IMG/VR virus record: IMGVR_UViG_3300043443_000226
Strand: one strand, 5' to 3'
DNA from: an uncultured virus (IMG/VR IMGVR_UViG_3300043443_000226)
Taxonomy: Duplodnaviria > Heunggongvirae > Uroviricota > Caudoviricetes
Length of the DNA stretch: 64,000 bases
Shown here: positions 1 to 7,891 of the stretch, piece after piece
How the letters are laid out: each line of letters opens with the position of its first letter
Position numbering within the stretch: position 1 is the first letter of the stretch
Position numbers and translations under genes: made by a program
Notes under the pieces: generated by a model
Seen by the model: the letters and a program-made list of their open reading frames with translations, nothing else
Databases searched by the model: none
Told to the model about the DNA's origin: nothing

Positions 1-433
1 TCTTTTGTTTGACAATGATTTCACCGATACCAGTACCGTAGATCTCTGCTAAGGTCATGATCTGACCAATGTTCTTACGTACTTTATCTTTCTTGAAATC
101 TTCGGACAACAAAGACTTCATCTTTTCAACATCAGTTTTATCCTGATCGCTGATGTCATCGCTGATGTCAAAGAATACACCTTTAGCGAACACAGCTTCT
201 TCAAGATCAGCTTGTTTGTTATCTACTGCTTGCTGTAGGGCAGGGCTAATAAGCCTTGAACGCTCAGAATCCCTTGTTTTATCCTCATCAGCATAAAGAC
301 CTCGCCAGAGACGCTCATACTCGTCCCAGCGATCCATGTAGTTCTCGTCCCTATAGTTACGCCAGTCGTTACAACGATCCATGACGAAGGCTACTAAGGC
401 ATTCTGAGGTGTGATTTCAGATTCAAATTTCAT
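1..433 (-). CDS. Portal protein, phage A (5' part; runs off the left edge)
   Basis: Read manually: MKFESEITPQNALVAFVMDRCNDWRNYRDENY...ERSRLISPALQQAVD...AEIYGTGIGEII, open to the window edge; directly downstream of TerL. Confidence 0.85.
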   Translation of the reverse strand, partial: MKFESEITPQNALVAFVMDRCNDWRNYRDENYMDRWDEYERLWRGLYADEDKTRDSERSRLISPALQQAVDNKQADLEEAVFAKGVFFDISDDISDQDKTDVEKMKSLLSEDFKKDKVRKNIGQIMTLAEIYGTGIGEIIVKQK

Positions 434-435
434 TG

Positions 436-1689
436 TCACCAACCTATTGTTGTGTCTAGGACTTCGTACTCTTCTTCATTCAAGTTCTGATTCCAATCTG
501 CTACCTGTATTTGATCAATGTAACTAACAGCATCTATTAAGTCATCATGAGTCTTGCTATCAGGAAACTGCATCAGTTGGTCTATAAACTTGTTATTCCA
601 ATCAGCTTCTTTTAGTACAATCCTACCGTGTTCAAATCGTCCTTGTAGTGACCAAACAATCCTATCTGTCTTCTTCTTGTTACCGTGTGTTAACTCTTCA
701 ATACGAGGATAGTAATTCAACCTCCTCATCAGATCATTCATATAAGGCATTACTGCATTCTTCAGTGCACCTTTTTCAATCCCTACAGCATTGACTCTGT
801 AGTCCTTAGCAGCCTTTAATATCCTCACTGCTGTTTCTCGGACATCCCATCTACCATACTGTATATCAGCAACCCACCAGCCTTTAGTGTTAACCTTAAC
901 AATGGCTATCGCTGTTTCATCCAACTTAGAGTTTTTCGTCTTGTTCGCCTGAGATGAATCCGTAAAACCACATAGATCCACCGCAATGAAGTAGTTACCA
1001 TCTTCAGGTTCTTCGTCAGTAATCTTAATCCATTCATCTTTAAAGATCTCCGACTGTGCAGCCTCAAACGATGCCATAAACTCTTGTCTAAAAGCAAAGC
1101 TAGACATTGATCCTCTAGCAGCTTCAATCTCTTCAGGGTCTAACAATGGATTATCAAAGCTAGTGAAGTGCCATGCCTTGTAATGCTGATCCTTACCACT
1201 ATCACCTAGTTTATACAGTTCATAGAAATGATTTCTACCCATTGGTGTTCCGATGAACATTGCTCTACCCTTCTGATCCGCTAAAGCAGGTCTTAAGATC
1301 TGTTCGAACACCTGTGGCTTCATGTCTGCGTACTCATCCATCACTAAGTACTTTAAACTAACACCACGCATTGTCTCTGGTCTATCAGCACCCTTTAGCG
1401 ATATCATTGCACCATTCACTAAAGTAATCTGCATGTTATTCACATGACTGCCTTTAATGACTGTATGGCCTAGCTCTAACAGCGTAGTCCACATAATATC
1501 TCTAGCTTGTCCCTGCGTAGGTGCTACATACCAGACATGACCTTTCTCAGTCTGTAATGCCTCTATGATCAGTGTCCAAGCTGCTAATCTAGATTTACCT
1601 GTTCGTCTACCAGCAGCTATGATCTTAAACCTTGCTGGATCTTTAAAGACATCTTGTTGCCAAGGAAGAAGTTTAACTTGCAGATCCAT
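436..1689 (-). CDS. terL: Terminase large subunit, phage A
   Basis: Walker A AAGRRTGKS, Walker B LVMDE, GTPMG coupling motif, C-terminal HDDLIDA nuclease motif; start moved to the ATG with a GAGGA RBS. Confidence 0.95.
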   Translation of the reverse strand: MDLQVKLLPWQQDVFKDPARFKIIAAGRRTGKSRLAAWTLIIEALQTEKGHVWYVAPTQGQARDIMWTTLLELGHTVIKGSHVNNMQITLVNGAMISLKGADRPETMRGVSLKYLVMDEYADMKPQVFEQILRPALADQKGRAMFIGTPMGRNHFYELYKLGDSGKDQHYKAWHFTSFDNPLLDPEEIEAARGSMSSFAFRQEFMASFEAAQSEIFKDEWIKITDEEPEDGNYFIAVDLCGFTDSSQANKTKNSKLDETAIAIVKVNTKGWWVADIQYGRWDVRETAVRILKAAKDYRVNAVGIEKGALKNAVMPYMNDLMRRLNYYPRIEELTHGNKKKTDRIVWSLQGRFEHGRIVLKEADWNNKFIDQLMQFPDSKTHDDLIDAVSYIDQIQVADWNQNLNEEEYEVLDTTIGW

Positions 1690-2164
1690 CATCTTCCTCG
1701 TAATCAATCAAAGTAGTTTCTACGTCAACAGGTTCATGTTCAATCATTTCTACTGGGTTGTCATTCACTCCAGTAATGTTGATGGTAATGGCTCTAGAGC
1801 CTCCACCAGCACCTTTATCCTCAAAGTAACTTACTGGCAACATCCTATCAACACACAACTTCAATGCTGCCATCTGATCCTTATCCTCATCATTCAGAGC
1901 CTTATGTACTATCTTCCTGATGATAGCCTGTGAGTGTGTCAGCAACAGTGAAGCTGTTAGTTCTTTAATCCTTGCTGCTTCACCAGGAGGTCTACCTCTT
2001 TTAGGTCTCTTAATGTACTTCCGTACTTCTTCCTTCTTAGGTCTTCCTCTTTTCCTTTTTTTCGCAGGCACTTTCTTTTCTTCATTGACTGCCACGACAT
2101 CCTGGCTGACCGATGAAGGTAGCGAACAAAGATCAGATATAACTTCAGTTTTAATTTCGGACAT
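1673..2164 (-). CDS. Probable terminase small subunit with two RGRP (AT-hook-like) motifs
   Basis: Overlaps the terL start; KRKRGRPKK and KRGRPPG; DQMAALKLCVDRMLP and ITINITG C-terminal motifs typical of podoviral TerS. Confidence 0.7.
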   Translation of the reverse strand: MSEIKTEVISDLCSLPSSVSQDVVAVNEEKKVPAKKRKRGRPKKEEVRKYIKRPKRGRPPGEAARIKELTASLLLTHSQAIIRKIVHKALNDEDKDQMAALKLCVDRMLPVSYFEDKGAGGGSRAITINITGVNDNPVEMIEHEPVDVETTLIDYEEDDGSAS

Positions 2165-2317
2165 CACTACCTCTATATAGTTTCTCTGCCGGAAGGCAGG
2201 ACTGTAAGGTGTATATAATTTTATGTATCTACAATGTAGTGTATGACGATAAGTTATATGTCTACTATTATTTAGTTTTTATACGATGTTTTGTTCATAG
2301 CCTACATAGAAGTATCT

Positions 2318-2347
2318 ATTGTAGCATACAAATGATATTGTTGTAAA
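2318..2347 (-). promoter_or_regulatory. Sigma70-like late promoter for terS-terL-portal
   Basis: Minus strand TTTACA-N18-TACAAT with extended -10 TG. Confidence 0.65.
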
Positions 2348-2671
2348 GTGTCTTGACTACTACTGTAGGGTTATTGTCAGTGTAGACTGTGTTTTAACCA
2401 GTGCAGATTCAGTGCAGACTACACATCAATCAAGGCTATGGCGGGACTCCATTTACATGGTGTCAGAGGCTCCGCAGAGGCTTTATAGATAACTCATTGA
2501 TTCTTAAGAGATTTCTTAATAGTAATGAATTATCATTATCAAGTTACTTTTTAGCTTTTTTTGAGGCTAAATAGCTTTCCTATTTTGCTCTTTTTTGTGT
2601 CTAGGTAGCACCACAACAATCTACACCACTACTACACCCCTCCCCCTATGTCGTATACTGTATACAGAATA

Positions 2672-2780
2672 CAATAGAGATTGTCGCTAGGATGACAATT
2701 CAATATACAAAGTCATAGATTGTCACTACGACGACAATACATTATATGAAATCATAGATTGTCGTTAGGATGACAATTGA
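2672..2780. repeat. Three 39-bp tandem units, each with palindrome ATTGTC-N8-GACAAT
   Basis: Palindromes start at 2680, 2719 and 2758. Confidence 0.9.
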
Positions 2781-2853
2781 GATTGTGCAGGTAACTGTGC
2801 AGGTAAAGTGTGTGACTGTGTAGCACCATATAGATACACCTAAGCCAGTGCAG

Positions 2854-2869
2854 TGTTCCACGTGAAACG
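2854..2869. promoter_or_regulatory. parS-like palindrome
   Basis: TGTTCCACGTGAAACG, 15/16 match to the chromosomal parS consensus TGTTNCACGTGAAACA. Confidence 0.55.
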
Positions 2870-2937
2870 TTGTATTCGAACAACACTACCATTCATCCTG
2901 GATTATTGTCCGTTCATCGGATAGGCTTCAAAGTACC

Positions 2938-2966
2938 TTGACAAGGCAAAATCAGTTAGTTAGTAT
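2938..2966 (+). promoter_or_regulatory. Sigma70-like early promoter, phage A
   Basis: TTGACA-N17-TAGTAT upstream of the first early gene. Confidence 0.75.
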
Positions 2967-3015
2967 GAACACATCGACAAAGCAATTCCGCTAAGTCAAC
3001 TACGGAGAAACAATC

Positions 3016-3282
3016 ATGAGCAAAGCAACTTACAAAGTATTATCAATTGATGCTTGGGCGGACGGTGACGAGGGATGGACATGGAATGCTTGGTATAACG
3101 CAGGAAGCATAACCTTAGACATAGACTCAGAATACGATGATATCTTAAAAGTAATGGTTGATGAAGGTTACATCAAAAACCCATCATTAGGCGATATCGA
3201 AGATGATCAATACAATCTAGTCATTGTCGATAAGTTTACACGTGAGCCTATCTTCGCTATCGAGTACGGATCAACAATCTAA
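3016..3282 (+). CDS. Hypothetical early protein (88 aa)
   Basis: ORF with GGAG RBS; first gene after the early promoter. Confidence 0.8.
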   Translation: MSKATYKVLSIDAWADGDEGWTWNAWYNAGSITLDIDSEYDDILKVMVDEGYIKNPSLGDIEDDQYNLVIVDKFTREPIFAIEYGSTI

Positions 3283-3299
3283 TCATAGGATTAAATATC

Positions 3300-3527
3300 A
3301 TGAGCAAATCAACTTACAACGGCTGGACTAACTACGCTACTTGGAGAATCAATCTAGAGATCTTCGATGGTCTTGATCAGGTTTGGGACGCTGACGAAGC
3401 AAGACAATATGTTGAAGATTACATCCATGCTTCATCGTCAGGTCTTGCCCGTGATTATGCGCTAGCGTTTATCTCTGATGTAAACTGGCACGAGATCGCC
3501 TCACATTATCAGGAAGAAACAGTATGA
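3300..3527 (+). CDS. Conserved phage early protein with YNGWTNYATW motif
   Basis: AGGA RBS; YNGWTNYxTW...VNWxEIA motif familiar from small phage proteins. Confidence 0.8.
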   Translation: MSKSTYNGWTNYATWRINLEIFDGLDQVWDADEARQYVEDYIHASSSGLARDYALAFISDVNWHEIASHYQEETV

Positions 3528-3706
3528 ACTTAGACATAAAGACGAAAGACGGTGATAGAGTATGCTTAAGTCAGCATGAGGATGGACTGTGGTTGTCTAT
3601 CTGGTTGTTTAGGGGACATTCTAGCGTACCTATCTCGTTGGATGATGCTACTGAGCTTAGAGATGCTTTAAACATATTCTTGGAGGATGCTGATGATTAC
3701 GAATAA
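3524..3706 (+). CDS. Hypothetical protein (60 aa)
   Basis: ATGA overlap with the upstream gene. Confidence 0.7.
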   Translation: MNLDIKTKDGDRVCLSQHEDGLWLSIWLFRGHSSVPISLDDATELRDALNIFLEDADDYE

Positions 3707-3785
3707 ATCTAATGATCTTGTGTTGTATCTTGGTGGTAGTGCTTTCGGTGTATTGTTCGCTGTACTTATCTTTTTAGGGGTTTAA
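3693..3785 (+). CDS. 30-aa single-TM micro-protein
   Basis: MITNKSNDLVLYLGGSAFGVLFAVLIFLGV; GGAGG RBS; below the ORF-track cutoff. Confidence 0.6.
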   Translation: MITNKSNDLVLYLGGSAFGVLFAVLIFLGV

Positions 3786-3786
3786 C

Positions 3787-3918
3787 ATGAAAACAAATCA
3801 ACTAACTGGTGCTGCCCTTGATTGGGCAGTGGCGAAGTGTGAGGGTCGAAGTGAGCCGGAATTGGTGAATAATTTTCCCGTTGCTTGGTATACGTGGGGA
3901 AACACGCTAAGCAATTAG
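3787..3918 (+). CDS. Short DUF2591-like N-terminal fragment (43 aa)
   Basis: MKTNQLTGAALDWAVAKCEG motif followed by an early stop. Confidence 0.55.
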   Translation: MKTNQLTGAALDWAVAKCEGRSEPELVNNFPVAWYTWGNTLSN

Positions 3919-4019
3919 AGGCTCTACAAGGCGTTGAAGATGCTCTCATGTAGGTAGACACCACCTTAGCCTAGATAATCGCTTCTAGGCCTGTTTTAAT
4001 CGATTCTGGAGGGTATTCT

Positions 4020-4193
4020 ATGACTAAAGAGATGTTGGATGAGTTACTGTACTTAGTTGAACTTCAAATCAAGGCTAACATAGCCATTGCATTAGGCCAT
4101 GCTGATGCTGCTGATAAAGAAGCAGAAAGAGAGCATGTTCAGTACTATCGACTTGTTTCGTTGATTGACTCTATGAAGGATGATCTTAAATGA
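4020..4193 (+). CDS. Hypothetical protein (57 aa)
   Basis: MTKEMLDELLYLVELQIKANI...; GGAGG RBS; ATGA overlap with the next gene. Confidence 0.65.
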   Translation: MTKEMLDELLYLVELQIKANIAIALGHADAADKEAEREHVQYYRLVSLIDSMKDDLK

Positions 4194-4387
4194 GATGCAT
4201 TAGCTGCAATGAAGCCTTAAGTGACTACGAAGCCTCTAGGCGTAGTGTTCGAACACACCAGTATATTGACTTATGCAATGATTGTTTTCGTTATGTCCGA
4301 GATGATATCGCTGCTGTTGGTAATGTACGATTAATCAATGAAGGAGATGATGACATTGTAAGTAAACGTAACAGCACTGATGATTGA
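4190..4387 (+). CDS. Small Zn-binding protein
   Basis: CxxC...CxxC (MRCISCNEAL...DLCNDCF). Confidence 0.75.
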   Translation: MRCISCNEALSDYEASRRSVRTHQYIDLCNDCFRYVRDDIAAVGNVRLINEGDDDIVSKRNSTDD

Positions 4388-4388
4388 C

Positions 4389-4417
4389 TTGACAACTTTG
4401 TTTTTCTCTGATACCCT
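4389..4417 (+). promoter_or_regulatory. Sigma70-like promoter
   Basis: TTGACA-N17-TACCCT with extended TG. Confidence 0.55.
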
Positions 4418-4420
4418 AAA

Positions 4421-4525
4421 TCTATATAGGCTATGTAGGCTACTTAGGCTATGTATTACATATATACTATGTATAATATTTACTATATACTTAGTACTTA
4501 GACTATTTAGCCTATGTACAGTAGG
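4421..4525. repeat. AT-rich degenerate 9-bp tandem repeats (candidate origin, phage A)
   Basis: ctatatagg-ctatgtagg-ctacttagg-ctatgtatt... periodicity in an intergenic gap just after a promoter. Confidence 0.6.
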
Positions 4526-4548
4526 GCTTAACATAAGGATTGTTCGAA

Positions 4549-4740
4549 ATGTACCCTGATGATGAGTTTTTACCCGAAGAAGCCTTTGACTACACTAAAG
4601 GTGAGTATGAAGATATGCACGAAGATCACAAAATCAATGATGTGTTAAATCGTTTTGTTCGTTTATGTCAAGAGTATGGGTTTTACTTTATGATGAGGCA
4701 ATTAACTAAGGCTCTGAACGCTAAAGGGTTCAACGTATGA
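4549..4740 (+). CDS. Hypothetical protein
   Basis: AAGGA RBS; overlaps the next start. Confidence 0.7.
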   Translation: MYPDDEFLPEEAFDYTKGEYEDMHEDHKINDVLNRFVRLCQEYGFYFMMRQLTKALNAKGFNV

Positions 4741-5018
4741 AAAAGCGTATACAGCCACGCAAGCGTAAGGTTAACCCCTACATAGCCTACCTAGAGAATC
4801 ATGGCCGCTATGCCACCTTAGAAGACCTCCTAGAGGCATTTCCTAACAAGACCTCTAAGCAGATAAGAGACTCTATGTCAAAGTTAGTTGATAACTACAC
4901 TGTTGATAGGGATATTAGAAAGGATGATCATCAATACTTGATATCGTACTCACTAGGTGGATACAACACCATGGACAACACTGGTATTTGTTGGCATAAC
5001 CCTTTTAATCTGAGGTAA
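4737..5018 (+). CDS. Putative winged-HTH protein ending HNPFNLR
   Basis: Basic N-terminus, helix pattern ATLEDLLEAF...SKQIRDSMSKL, then beta hairpin. Confidence 0.55.
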   Translation: MKKRIQPRKRKVNPYIAYLENHGRYATLEDLLEAFPNKTSKQIRDSMSKLVDNYTVDRDIRKDDHQYLISYSLGGYNTMDNTGICWHNPFNLR

Positions 5019-5022
5019 CACT

Positions 5023-5268
5023 ATGAGTGGTGATCACAACATGTATCAAAAAACTAAGTCATACCTTGATGACTTTGAGTGTCCAAGGTGTGGGCATTGT
5101 TGCCAAGCACTGGAGACAGAGCGTGAATGGATCGGACTGACTGATGAAGAGATTCAGGACTTGAGTTATCTATCACAAAAAATTGATGCAAGTAACTCGG
5201 AGTGGTTTGATCGTTGGGGTTTTTCAAGAGCCATTGAAGCCAAGCTGCGGGAGAAGAATCATGGATAG
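5023..5268 (+). CDS. Mosaic small protein (CPRCGHCC / WIGLTDEEI / AIEAKLREKN modules)
   Basis: GAGG RBS; modules shared with 5261..5551 and 51132..51455. Confidence 0.8.
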   Translation: MSGDHNMYQKTKSYLDDFECPRCGHCCQALETEREWIGLTDEEIQDLSYLSQKIDASNSEWFDRWGFSRAIEAKLREKNHG

Positions 5269-5551
5269 AGAAGCTATGCAGATGGCGCTAGAGGCTTTGG
5301 TGGAAATCAACAAGTTGAGTATTGGTGAAAACGCCATCTGCCTGCCAGCGGAGATCGATGGTGCAATGGACGCCCTGCGCCAAGCACTGGATACAAAGCG
5401 TGAATGGGTGGGGCTGACGGCAGATGAAATCTGGAAATGCAACAAAGCAAAGAGTGGTGCTGTGGAGTTTCACATTTGCTCTGCACATCAGAACGTGGAG
5501 GATTTTGCGGAATCTATTGAAGCCAAGTTAAAGGAGAAGAACAAGTGGTAA
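5261..5551 (+). CDS. Mosaic small protein (MDREAMQMALEAL / WVGLT / IEAKLKEKN)
   Basis: Start at MDRE overlapping the previous stop, GGAG RBS. Confidence 0.8.
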   Translation: MDREAMQMALEALVEINKLSIGENAICLPAEIDGAMDALRQALDTKREWVGLTADEIWKCNKAKSGAVEFHICSAHQNVEDFAESIEAKLKEKNKW

Positions 5552-5593
5552 ATATCGTAGTAGGACTACGACTCAAGCTAAAGGAGAAAATCA

Positions 5594-7195
5594 GTGAACT
5601 ACTTAGCCACTCATGTTGGCTGTGATGATTGTGGATCTAGTGATGCGTTGTCCGTATCTGTTAACGATAAAGGAGAAACTTGGTCACACTGTTTTGCTTG
5701 TGGTACGAATACGAAAATAGATGTTGATAACTTCAGACAAAAGCATACAAAGCCTGCTAAGGTGATTCCAATGTTAGATGGTAAGTATCAGTCCATACCG
5801 CTAAGAAACCTATCCAGAGATGCATTAAAAGCCTTTGGTGTGATGATCACTGATGAGGGTGGTGTAGCTTTCCCCTACTGTGATGCTGATGGTAAGGTCA
5901 CTGCCTACAAGGTAAGACATGATGCAATGAAGACTGATTGCACCATCAAAGGTGATTGGTCTAAGGCAGGTTTATTTGGAGCGCAGTTATTCGCTAAAGG
6001 TGGTAAGAGCATCACTATCACTGAAGGTGAGTTTGATGCTGTTGCTGTCTATCAGATGAATGGTATGCGGTATCCGGTAGTAAGCATACGCAATGGGGCA
6101 CAATCAGCACTAAAGGACTGCAAGGACAACTATGAATATCTTGACTCTTTTGAAACCATTGTTATCAGCTTTGATGCTGATGAAGTTGGTAAGCAGGCTG
6201 CTACGAAGGTAGCTGATCTATTCGGTGCTAAGGCTAAGATAGTAAAGCACAGGCAACCACACAAGGATGCTAATGACTATCTCAAAGATGAGATGATCAA
6301 GGAGTATATCCAGGATTGGTTTGCTGCTGAAGTCTATGTACCTGATGGGATCATCGAAGGATCAAAGCTTTGGGAAGAGATCAACACACCAGCCATTAAA
6401 GCCTCTTGTGACTATCCATGGGTAGGTCTTAATGCGTTAACTTATGGTATCCGTAAGGGTGAGCTGGTGACGTTTACAGCAGGATCTGGACTGGGTAAAT
6501 CACAGGTACTGAGGGAGATTGTTTACCACATCCTATGTAAGACTGAGGATAACATTGGCTTGATGTTCCTGGAGGAGTCTACTGTTCGCACTGCCAAAGG
6601 TATCATGTCTATCCATGCTAACAAGCCACTGCATCTACCTGACACAGCGTACACTGATGAGGAGTTTAGAGATGCCTTCGAGCACACTCTTGGCACTAAT
6701 AGGGTTTATCTTTTTGATCATTTTGGGAGTACATCAATTGACAACATACTATCAAGAGTCAGATTCATGGCTAAAGGACTCGGATGTAGCTTTGTTGTGT
6801 TGGATCATATTAGTATTGTCGTCAGTTCTGGCGATGTTGGCGATGAACGTAAAGCATTAGATGAGATCATGACCAAGCTTAGGATGATTGTTCAGGAGAC
6901 AGGCATAGCACTGTTGATTGTCAGTCATCTAAAGAGACCTGATGGTAAAGGCCATGAAGAAGGAGCAGCTACTTCACTAGGTCAGCTTCGAGGATCTGGT
7001 AGCATTGCACAGTTGTCTGATATGGTGATCGGTATGGAAAGGAATGCACAGCATGATGATGAACGTGAACGCAATACCACCAGGATTAGGGTACTCAAGA
7101 ACCGTTTCAGCGGTGTCACAGGTCCAGCCTGTAACGTCTATTACAACCACTCAACAGGAAGGTTATCAGAGGTCACACAAGATGAAGACTTATGA
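5594..7195 (+). CDS. T7 gp4-like primase-helicase
   Basis: N-terminal CxxC..HCFAC Zn finger, TOPRIM ITEGEFDA and DAD, Walker A AGSGLGKS, LDHISI, LRGSGSIAQLSD, KNRFSG. Confidence 0.95.
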   Translation: MNYLATHVGCDDCGSSDALSVSVNDKGETWSHCFACGTNTKIDVDNFRQKHTKPAKVIPMLDGKYQSIPLRNLSRDALKAFGVMITDEGGVAFPYCDADGKVTAYKVRHDAMKTDCTIKGDWSKAGLFGAQLFAKGGKSITITEGEFDAVAVYQMNGMRYPVVSIRNGAQSALKDCKDNYEYLDSFETIVISFDADEVGKQAATKVADLFGAKAKIVKHRQPHKDANDYLKDEMIKEYIQDWFAAEVYVPDGIIEGSKLWEEINTPAIKASCDYPWVGLNALTYGIRKGELVTFTAGSGLGKSQVLREIVYHILCKTEDNIGLMFLEESTVRTAKGIMSIHANKPLHLPDTAYTDEEFRDAFEHTLGTNRVYLFDHFGSTSIDNILSRVRFMAKGLGCSFVVLDHISIVVSSGDVGDERKALDEIMTKLRMIVQETGIALLIVSHLKRPDGKGHEEGAATSLGQLRGSGSIAQLSDMVIGMERNAQHDDERERNTTRIRVLKNRFSGVTGPACNVYYNHSTGRLSEVTQDEDL

Positions 7196-7352
7196 AGATT
7201 TGAAAGAAGATACAAAACGATTTGCTTTACAGCAGATACGTACAGGGTCTACAATGGGTGAAGTAGTTTGTTCGTTCGAAGAGATCATCAATGAGATCAG
7301 AAAGACATCAGACTACGTAGAGGCTATGCAAGATGCTAATAGGAGACCATAA
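7182..7352 (+). CDS. Hypothetical protein (56 aa)
   Basis: MKTYEDLKED...; GAGG RBS. Confidence 0.6.
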   Translation: MKTYEDLKEDTKRFALQQIRTGSTMGEVVCSFEEIINEIRKTSDYVEAMQDANRRP

Positions 7353-7525
7353 TGGCTGAAGTAACGAACATTGAAGAGCATGAGGACGGTTCCGCTACAC
7401 TACATTTTGATCTTACTGATGAAGAAATAAAGGTACTAATTCAGTGGGGTATCAAAGAAGCAATAAAGCTTGCTTACCATAAAGCACAGAACTTTGATTG
7501 GAAAGACAGTGAACCAACGAATTAA
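7352..7525 (+). CDS. Hypothetical protein (57 aa)
   Basis: MAEVTNIEEHEDGSATLHFDLTDEE...; AGGAG RBS; TAATG coupling; not in the ORF track. Confidence 0.7.
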   Translation: MAEVTNIEEHEDGSATLHFDLTDEEIKVLIQWGIKEAIKLAYHKAQNFDWKDSEPTN

Positions 7526-7703
7526 AGCACTTGCTGAACAGGCTGGATTTCAATACATCAAAGATGAAGGTATCGGCTGGGCAGGGAATCATAATGCTAG
7601 TTTGCCAAAGTTTGCCGAGTTGCTTATTCGGGAATGTGCTGAGATTTGTTTAGAAGCAAATGACCATAAAAATATTTTACGACATTTCGGAGTTGAACAA
7701 TGA
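7509..7703 (+). CDS. Small phage protein, MNxRI...KFAELxxxEC...HFGVE family
   Basis: GTG start; paralog of 8315..8536. Confidence 0.75.
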   Translation: MNQRIKALAEQAGFQYIKDEGIGWAGNHNASLPKFAELLIRECAEICLEANDHKNILRHFGVEQ

Positions 7704-7891
7704 AGCAAACACTTAGAGATATGATGAGTCAATGCTGGAACAACCGTATGGATGGTGAACGTTTTGACTTTGAGAAATTTGCTGAGATGGTAGCCTTCCA
7801 AGCCAGTGAAGAAAGGTTAGATCGCTGTATTGAAGCTTTAGAGAGAAGAGGTTATGCTGATGCAGCAGACATCATCAGGGGTGAAGGATGA
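7700..7891 (+). CDS. Small phage protein, related family
   Basis: QCWNNRMDGERFDFEKFAE resembles QCWDQRLDGRYFDQEKFAE of 8315..8536. Confidence 0.75.
   Translation: MKQTLRDMMSQCWNNRMDGERFDFEKFAEMVAFQASEERLDRCIEALERRGYADAADIIRGEG

Noticed and set aside
2378..2422. CAGTG(T/C)AGA x3 short repeats
   Set aside because: Real but irregularly spaced and too short to assign a role independently of the surrounding control region
2672..2780. CRISPR or TIGR-type guide array
   Set aside because: Only three units; intervening segments are short and similar to each other; no cas or Nop-domain gene recognised. Kept as a palindromic repeat array.
4331..4534. 67-aa minus-strand ORF
   Set aside because: Low-complexity translation of the 9-bp repeat region, antisense to the early operon
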